Source: a virus (taxonomy: Duplodnaviria > Heunggongvirae > Uroviricota > Caudoviricetes). From it: a stretch of 30,712 nt of DNA. Positions 24,828 to 30,712 of the stretch are shown piece after piece. The notes under the pieces were generated by a model. That model worked only from the letters and a program-made list of their open reading frames with translations. It was not told the DNA's origin and ran no database searches. The stretch's first letter is position 1; each line of letters opens with the position of its first letter. A program made the translations under genes and the position numbers. Location of the stretch: the IMG/VR virus record IMGVR_UViG_2872698443_000006; one strand, given 5' to 3'.

Positions 24828-27109
24828 TTCCACTCCATTACTGTTGAGAATCCCGGCCACTCATCAGCGACCGGATACGTGAATTTTTTTCCGTCATAAT
24901 TTACGGTCGCGCCACGCGCCAGCGCCTCAAGCTCCCATCGCTGCGGCCTGATACCGTTCTGAGCAAGGTCAACGCGGATACGGGTAATTTGCATTCTTTC
25001 CGACCGGGTCAGTCTGGCCGATGGTGCAATTTCATGTAGTTTTAACGGGCTTCCGTTTCTCTGCTGACGGTTTGGCGTTCGCAGGTCGTGTTTTAATGCG
25101 CCCCTGAGCGCCCTCACGACCTCCGGTTCATTCCATTCAATAACTCCGTCATCAACCAGATTAAGCACGGCTGCGGCGTGCTCAGAAGGTGTGGGAGCCG
25201 GTAACGAAGTATCACCACCGGTGAGCTTTCCACAGTTATTGACAGGACTCCGAGGCGCGGCGATGCCGCTTTTTAAAGTCAGAGGCTCAACGACCGGAAC
25301 TTTCGGCACAATGCGCCAGTCCGTCGTTCTGGTGATATGAATATGACGCGCGCCGAGATGCGGCGCGTAAATGCCGACCACTCTCTCGACTTCTTCCTCG
25401 TACTCGTTAACTTCATCCGACGGACTACGGGCGACCCTGACAGTCTGACAATCGCGCGGGACATTTGCCCCACCCTGCGCGCTGATATACAACGCAAAAT
25501 CACCACTGTCTGCGGCGGCGCGTGCAGCCTCGACGCGCTCGTCAAACTCATCAGCAATGCTGACGCCGCGAGGCAATTTGCGTAGTTCACGGTAAGCCCC
25601 CATTGTCGGCAGACCAACCGTTTTAAATTGTGGGATGCGCCACGTTGACGCCCATGCGGTAACAGCCGCAGCAGTGTCTTTCAGCGGTCTGCCGGTATCG
25701 TTATCGAGCTGACCATCCAGTGCATAGCCATCGATGTTTTTTGAGATGTATTTCGCGATATACCCCGCAGCACCGCCCTGGTTAAGGTGTTTTGCCTGAA
25801 AACGGTTTCGCGCGGCTCCTCTTTCGTCGCCATCCTCTTTGAGCGCATAGCGACGCATGATTTCGATAATCTGGTTACGCTGGCGTGGATTACAAAAAAG
25901 CATCATATGCCAGTGCGGCGTTCCGTCGTGGTGTGGCTCGACGACACGCAAACCGTAGACCTGTAAATCATTATCCTTGAATGCCGTGCGCATCAGGCTC
26001 CAGATATGGCAGAGATAACGCTGCGCATCCTTTGGATTAAATGCCTCATCGTTCCAGCCGTGATTTAGCTGGACGGTTTTACTTTCGCCTTTTCCGACCT
26101 GACGTGTCGGGTGATACTTTGACGGCGCGGTAAGCGTGATAAACATCCCCACATCACCCTCTGCGGCGGCGTAACGCTCAATACCGGCAATGGTGTTCAT
26201 CAGCTCCATCCGGCGAATTTCAGGATTAGAAATACTGCCCATCACCTTACTGATAAGGTCGATGCGCTCGCCGGTTTCCCTGTTTTCAAGGTCACACGAT
26301 TTAAGAAATTCCAGATTTGCCTGGCGGCGTGCACGCACATCACGAATGGCATGTTTACTGGCATAAGGAGAACGGTCTTTATTCACCTCCCCGACAGCAA
26401 TCAGTAACGCCTCATGCCAGCGCATACGCTGGCCTTTGAGCTGATGAGTCCACCACTCATCGTTAAACAGACGGGCAATGGCAGAATATGCCTGCCTCGT
26501 GGTCATCTGTCCTTTACGGTATTTTTTCCAGTAAAGCGGGGAAATATTGAAAGCACGTGCAGCGCCAGCAACATGACCATAGAGGTGAGCCTGCGCCTCA
26601 TCCGTAAACAGCGATTCTTTTTCGCCATGTGCATCCACCCAGGCATCGCTGAGTTCCTCATACATCATGAAAAGCTGCGATGAGATACGGGCGGCAAACT
26701 TTTTCAGCTCCTTGTCATTCATTCCCGGCAGGCGCGCATAGTGGTCACGCTCTGCCAGAAACAGCAACGACGCGTCGGTGTTCATTTCATGGCGCTGATT
26801 CACACGCTCAATGCGCGGCCATAAACGACGCTGAAAAGTGGATGTGAGGAAATAAAACCCGTGCACCGGGCTTTTATTGCGCCGGATGTAGTCATAGCGT
26901 GAAGTAAACAGCGAGCGCAAAAAGTAAGGCAGGCGGTTAATCGTGGATAAAACACCTTGCACCTGACGCATCTCGTCACGTGTAAGGGGTCTTTCGCGCC
27001 CGACGGCCTCGCGTGGCGCGTTCCATGCATAAGCACCGGTAAACATCTTACCGGTGCCTGCGGCAAATGCTGACGGAGGGACAAAACGCCCGGAGGCTTT
27101 AACGGCCAT
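24824..27109 (-). CDS. A: Replication initiation protein A (rolling-circle nickase)
   Basis: 761 aa from ATG 27107-27109 (MAVKASGRFVPPSAFAAGTGKMF...); the ORF-track start at 27151 is a TTG extension; size and N-terminus match my recollection of P2 gpA. Confidence 0.9.
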   Translation of the reverse strand: MAVKASGRFVPPSAFAAGTGKMFTGAYAWNAPREAVGRERPLTRDEMRQVQGVLSTINRLPYFLRSLFTSRYDYIRRNKSPVHGFYFLTSTFQRRLWPRIERVNQRHEMNTDASLLFLAERDHYARLPGMNDKELKKFAARISSQLFMMYEELSDAWVDAHGEKESLFTDEAQAHLYGHVAGAARAFNISPLYWKKYRKGQMTTRQAYSAIARLFNDEWWTHQLKGQRMRWHEALLIAVGEVNKDRSPYASKHAIRDVRARRQANLEFLKSCDLENRETGERIDLISKVMGSISNPEIRRMELMNTIAGIERYAAAEGDVGMFITLTAPSKYHPTRQVGKGESKTVQLNHGWNDEAFNPKDAQRYLCHIWSLMRTAFKDNDLQVYGLRVVEPHHDGTPHWHMMLFCNPRQRNQIIEIMRRYALKEDGDERGAARNRFQAKHLNQGGAAGYIAKYISKNIDGYALDGQLDNDTGRPLKDTAAAVTAWASTWRIPQFKTVGLPTMGAYRELRKLPRGVSIADEFDERVEAARAAADSGDFALYISAQGGANVPRDCQTVRVARSPSDEVNEYEEEVERVVGIYAPHLGARHIHITRTTDWRIVPKVPVVEPLTLKSGIAAPRSPVNNCGKLTGGDTSLPAPTPSEHAAAVLNLVDDGVIEWNEPEVVRALRGALKHDLRTPNRQQRNGSPLKLHEIAPSARLTRSERMQITRIRVDLAQNGIRPQRWELEALARGATVNYDGKKFTYPVADEWPGFSTVMEWK

Positions 27110-27374
27110 ATGAGCCAAAAGCCTCTGAACAACGCTTGCTGAGTTGCTCAACCTGCACGTTTAAATCAGCAAAAGACTTTGCGCTTCCGGTCAGAATATC
27201 GTGATGCATCAGGCCTGAAACGAGCTGGCTTAATTTCGGGTAATAACCAACCACCGCCAGCCATTCCTGACCGGCGTTTTTACCGCTTTCCGCTCTCTTT
27301 TTCTCGTGGAGAATAAACTGAAAGCTGTCACTGGTAACGACATAACGTTCGCCAATTTCAATACGAATACTCAT
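27099..27374 (-). CDS. Small early protein (P2 orf83-like position), unknown function
   Basis: 91 aa, ATG 27372-27374 overlapping the upstream stop (ATGA). Confidence 0.55.
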   Translation of the reverse strand: MSIRIEIGERYVVTSDSFQFILHEKKRAESGKNAGQEWLAVVGYYPKLSQLVSGLMHHDILTGSAKSFADLNVQVEQLSKRCSEAFGSYGR

Positions 27375-27595
27375 GCCGTTCTCCGGTAATGTTTGTTTTT
27401 TGCTTCAAAGACTGACTGACAGGAAACACAACGCGTGGCTGACGGGTAAGCCGCACGACGGGCAGCAGGTATTGGCGCGTCACACTCTTCGCAAACCAGC
27501 GCAGAAGCACCGCAATGTTTTACCCTTGCCGCGTTAATCTGGCGCTCCAGTAATTCAGCCTGTTGTTCCTGAATAAAATCTACGTTGTCCGGCAT
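27371..27595 (-). CDS. TraR/DksA-family C4 zinc-finger protein
   Basis: 74 aa with CGASALVCEECDAPIPAARRAAYPSATRCVSCQ (C-x4-C-x2-C ... C-x2-C), typical of phage TraR-like proteins. Confidence 0.7.
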   Translation of the reverse strand: MPDNVDFIQEQQAELLERQINAARVKHCGASALVCEECDAPIPAARRAAYPSATRCVSCQSVFEAKNKHYRRTA

Positions 27596-27897
27596 TACCA
27601 GTTCCTTTTGTCGTTCAGTTTTTTAAATTCATCAGCGCAATAGCTGGCGATTTCTGTCGTTAATTTCGTCAGTTCATCCACGGAGGAAATTTGCTTGTGA
27701 AATACAGCGCGTTTAACAAGTAAATTGACCACATCAGACAGGAGGTTTAATTCACTCTGATAAATCGCGATAACAGATTCAGTTATTTCGCGTTTTTCTT
27801 TATCAAGACCAAGTTGAATAAGAGACAAATCGCCATTTTTCATAACGGCGATTTTTAAGGCATTGTTCAGTAAAACAACTGAACGAGAACAGGACAT
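27595..27897 (-). CDS. Small early protein, unknown function
   Basis: 100 aa from ATG 27895-27897 (ATGA overlap with the upstream gene). Confidence 0.55.
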   Translation of the reverse strand: MSCSRSVVLLNNALKIAVMKNGDLSLIQLGLDKEKREITESVIAIYQSELNLLSDVVNLLVKRAVFHKQISSVDELTKLTTEIASYCADEFKKLNDKRNW

Positions 27898-28121
27898 CAA
27901 AGCACCTCCCCGCGAGACAATCCGATGTTGTGAAATTTTTCCGACTCCTGACTGAGCAGCTCGACTATCTCCACGCGGGATAACTCCGCCTTTGTGATGT
28001 GGCGAATCATGGCGTCAAGATGAGAAGAAAAGCGCGTCGCTGCATCGGCCTGTGCTTCGGTTCTGGCCTGTTGCAGCAGTAATGCGTATTTACCGCACTG
28101 ATTTTCAGAAACTGTATGCAT
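27897..28121 (-). CDS. Small early protein, unknown function
   Basis: 74 aa from ATG 28119-28121 with GGAGAAAG RBS; the ORF-track start is TTG. Confidence 0.5.
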   Translation of the reverse strand: MHTVSENQCGKYALLLQQARTEAQADAATRFSSHLDAMIRHITKAELSRVEIVELLSQESEKFHNIGLSRGEVL

Positions 28122-28184
28122 GACTTTCTCCAGGCAAAAAGAAGCCCCGCACAATTAAGTGCGTTAAAAACTCTGGTTAATTAC

Positions 28185-28685
28185 TTAATGCAGATATTGC
28201 TCTGGTTTTACCGATGTCAGAATTGTCGGTGCATACTCAAACAGACTGAATAATTCACGTAATGCACGGAATAAAGCATCACGCCAGTAACATGATTCTT
28301 CATTAATTCGCCAGTATGGCTGATTGAATTCTTTTTCTGTCAATCTGGCATGCATAAATAAAGTACGCCGCTGACTGACTGTTAAAAAACTAATATATGC
28401 ATACTCACTTGCACCGACCTGACGGCGTTTTGAGAATGCCCCACGCAATTCATCAATTGCACAAACCAGCCGTTCACGTTCGACGTCGTTCATTTCTTCA
28501 AAACGCATCGTTGCGTGACGTTGTTTTAACTGCGCATGGAAGCAAACCGTTAACCGTTCGCGTTCCATCATCTGATTATAATAATCACATGTCTCCTGCC
28601 AGCGAGGGACGGCCAGATGCTTACCAATTATCCGGCGCATAGCTGCTGGCTGTTTTTCGACGAGATTAAGTGTCATCACTGTCAT
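28185..28685 (-). CDS. B: Replication protein B (helicase loader-like)
   Basis: 166 aa MTVMTLNLVEKQPAAMRRIIGKHLAVPRWQ...; same length as P2 gpB as I recall. Confidence 0.8.
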   Translation of the reverse strand: MTVMTLNLVEKQPAAMRRIIGKHLAVPRWQETCDYYNQMMERERLTVCFHAQLKQRHATMRFEEMNDVERERLVCAIDELRGAFSKRRQVGASEYAYISFLTVSQRRTLFMHARLTEKEFNQPYWRINEESCYWRDALFRALRELFSLFEYAPTILTSVKPEQYLH

Positions 28686-28852
28686 TTCCAGACCCTCCGG
28701 CTTTTCAGAAAGGTCAGAGCCTTTTTTAACGGACTCTGTTTTTTGGTACGGATAATGATTCCCTTACGCCCCTTACCGTGGGTGATGGTGAAGTCAATCG
28801 CCCTGGGGCTTTCGTTACGCAATAACTGAGCAATACAACGCGGCTCCTTCAT
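28682..28852 (-). CDS. Small basic protein between cox and B
   Basis: 56 aa from ATG 28850-28852 with AAGGTGGA RBS; stop overlaps the B start (ATGA). Confidence 0.45.
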   Translation of the reverse strand: MKEPRCIAQLLRNESPRAIDFTITHGKGRKGIIIRTKKQSPLKKALTFLKSRRVWK

Positions 28853-28862
28853 CCTTTCCACC

Positions 28863-29219
28863 TTAAGCCGCACGGCCATGTCTTGATTTGCTATAACTAA
28901 TGCGATTTTTCCAGTCGTGCCATTCTGATGGAGCTTCATCGACTAGCTGTGCTGCGTACTTGTCCCACTCACGACGATTAATCCATAACTCAGCATGACC
29001 TCCCGGCTTTAATGGGTCTGTCATGTAAAAGGCTGGCAGCTTTCCTGCTTTCGCCATTTCAGCCACCGCTCGTGGTGTCTTGCCGATGTAAAGTGCAAAA
29101 CCTTCTTTCGACAGCAAATCTGATGGTGCCGCCGCCAATTTAACGGAATCACGCTTTGCTTTTGTGAGAACGGAGAGTTCTTGTCTTGTCTCGTCAGAAA
29201 TTTCAGATCCGACATTCAT
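28863..29219 (-). CDS. cox: Cox-like excisionase / early-operon repressor (HTH)
   Basis: 118 aa, first gene of the leftward early operon, AGGAGA RBS; GKLPAFYMTDPLKPGGHAELWINRREW resembles the Cox-family motif (GKLP..MTDP...W) as I recall it; longer than P2 Cox. Confidence 0.65.
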   Translation of the reverse strand: MNVGSEISDETRQELSVLTKAKRDSVKLAAAPSDLLSKEGFALYIGKTPRAVAEMAKAGKLPAFYMTDPLKPGGHAELWINRREWDKYAAQLVDEAPSEWHDWKNRISYSKSRHGRAA

Positions 29220-29323
29220 TTTGCTATTCTCCTAATTGGCCCCACTAACTAAAGCTAGTTGGAGTTGACTAGAGTTAGATGTGGAATATCACAACGGATT
29301 AAAAATAAGAGATCTGATTCATT
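29220..29323. promoter_or_regulatory. Immunity switch region: divergent Pe (cox) and Pc (C) promoters with putative operator repeats
   Basis: Intergenic between divergent cox and C; TTGACT at 29265-29270 with a possible -10 TATCAC 16 bp downstream (Pc candidate); direct repeats AGTTGGA / AGTTAGA at 29258-29264 and 29273-29279. Confidence 0.45.
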
Positions 29324-29623
29324 ATGTCAATTGAGATTCGTGAAAAGCTAAAACTTATCCGTGAGTCTGAACGGCTCAAGAAGAAGGAAGTAGCTGAAAT
29401 GACAGGTATTAATTACGTTACGTATGTAGGGTACGAAAATGGGAAATCATCTATTTCACATGATGCAGTGGTGCGGCTTCTAAAACATCCAAGATTCCGT
29501 AAATACCGTGACTGGTTCATGTTTGATGAAACTGATCCCGCAGCTGGTCAAATAGCCCCAGCTCTCGCACACATTGGGCAAGACTCAACAACCTTGCACC
29601 ACTCAGATCAAAAGATTGGCTGA
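29324..29623 (+). CDS. C: Immunity repressor C
   Basis: 99 aa; ...GQIAPALAHIGQDSTT... C-terminus and HTH region (LKKKEVAEMTGINYVTYVGYENGK) closely resemble P2 C as I recall it. Confidence 0.85.
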   Translation: MSIEIREKLKLIRESERLKKKEVAEMTGINYVTYVGYENGKSSISHDAVVRLLKHPRFRKYRDWFMFDETDPAAGQIAPALAHIGQDSTTLHHSDQKIG

Positions 29624-29716
29624 CGATTTATTCAGCTTATGTGTGTAGTAAATGTGCGAAAGAAAATTGTATTAATTTTCAAGCAGTAGAGGTAAGCAGC
29701 ATCATCGGAGGGCTTT

Positions 29717-30712
29717 ATGTCTATTAAAAAGCTCGATGATGGTCGTTATGAAGTGGACGTCAGGCCGCAGGGTGCAGATGGGAAACGTATCAGGCGGAAA
29801 TTTAAAACTAAAGGTGAAGCTCAGGCATTCGAGCGTCATGTCCTGGTTAACTACCACAACAAAGAGTGGATAGAGAAACCAGCCGATCGCCGAACTCTTA
29901 CCGAGTTGTTAGGCCGATGGTGGATATATCACGGAAAATCGCATGAGCGGGGGGATATTGAACGGGGGCGTTTAACGACAATAATCGCCAAATTTGCAGA
30001 AATGGGAGTGTCCAGAGCTGACCAGCTAACAAAGAAAACGATAACTGATTATCGCGTTGTAATGATGAACGATGGCCTAAAACCAGCCAGCGTAAATCGG
30101 CATCTGGCAATAATGAGCGGAATGTTCACCAAATTAATTGACGCCGGTGAATACCACTCTCATAACCCGTTCCGTGAGGTTAAGCGGTTACGTGAAGCTG
30201 TTACGGAAATGGCTTTTTTGTCCAGTGAAGAGATTACGCGGCTGTTATCCATGCTCGATGGTGATGAATTAAATGCAACTCTAGTCTGCCTTTCTACTGG
30301 TGGACGCTGGAGTGAAGTGTCTAATTTAAAAGCTGAACACATCATTAACCAGATGGTTACGTTTATGAAAACTAAAAACGGAAAGCGCAGGACAATTCCC
30401 GTTTCGCAGGACCTGATTAAACGGATCAAGACCAAAAACTCAGGCAGGCTTTTTAATGCCAGTTACTACAAAGTGCGCAACGCTCTCAGGGAAGTAAAAC
30501 CCGATTTACCTGACGGACAGGCAGTGCATGTTTTGAGGCATACATTTGCCACACATTTTATAATGAATGGAGGTAACATAATCACATTGCAGCGCATCCT
30601 GGGTCATTCTAACATTCAGCAAACTATGACCTACGCACACTTTGCACCGGATTTCTTACAAGATGCTGTGACTCTTAACCCGGTGTCAGGAATGTCCATA
30701 ATGCGTCCATAA
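29717..30712 (+). CDS. int: Tyrosine recombinase (phage integrase)
   Basis: 331 aa, GGAGGG RBS; C-terminal catalytic motifs HVLRHTFATH ... ILGHSNIQQTMTYAHF (R...HxxR...Y); stop is the last codon of the window. Confidence 0.9.
   Translation: MSIKKLDDGRYEVDVRPQGADGKRIRRKFKTKGEAQAFERHVLVNYHNKEWIEKPADRRTLTELLGRWWIYHGKSHERGDIERGRLTTIIAKFAEMGVSRADQLTKKTITDYRVVMMNDGLKPASVNRHLAIMSGMFTKLIDAGEYHSHNPFREVKRLREAVTEMAFLSSEEITRLLSMLDGDELNATLVCLSTGGRWSEVSNLKAEHIINQMVTFMKTKNGKRRTIPVSQDLIKRIKTKNSGRLFNASYYKVRNALREVKPDLPDGQAVHVLRHTFATHFIMNGGNIITLQRILGHSNIQQTMTYAHFAPDFLQDAVTLNPVSGMSIMRP

Noticed and set aside
1-30712. CRISPR arrays, tRNA or rRNA genes
   Set aside because: No regularly spaced direct repeats and no cloverleaf-like or rRNA-like segments noticed; the only repeats found are the invertase sites and short palindromes described above.

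Overview
The window is essentially one complete P2-family (Myoviridae-type) temperate prophage, about 30.7 kb, running from the stop codon of ogr (pos 1) to the stop codon of the integrase (pos 30712); the att sites must lie just outside. Gene order is the canonical P2 prophage order read in reverse: ogr-D-U-T-E/E'-FII-FI (tail), a Hin/Gin-family DNA invertase with an invertible tail-fibre segment (alternative H C-terminus plus two tfa genes), H-I-J-W-V-S-R (fibre, baseplate, tail completion), lysC/lysB/lysA-K-Y (lysis), X-L-M-N-O (head), divergent P-Q (terminase large subunit, portal), the cos site, then a visibly AT-rich cargo island, then A, four small orfs, B, a cox-like gene and divergent C repressor and integrase. 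All calls come from reading the ORF-track proteins and the DNA by eye; no database search was run, so family names rest on my recollection of P2 proteins. The most interesting region is the cargo island between cos (22141-22159) and gene A (22160-24823), which sits where P2 carries tin/old (a recognised anti-phage defence hotspot). Here it holds two uncharacterised genes each encoding an N-terminal two-helix membrane anchor plus a soluble domain I cannot assign, and an ASCH/PUA-like protein with an HExxH motif translationally coupled to A. I propose these as candidate undescribed superinfection-exclusion or abortive-infection genes. Second is the invertible host-range segment, with two 26-bp hix/gix-like crossover sites that keep the tail-fibre frame intact after inversion. 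No rRNA, tRNA or CRISPR array was seen.
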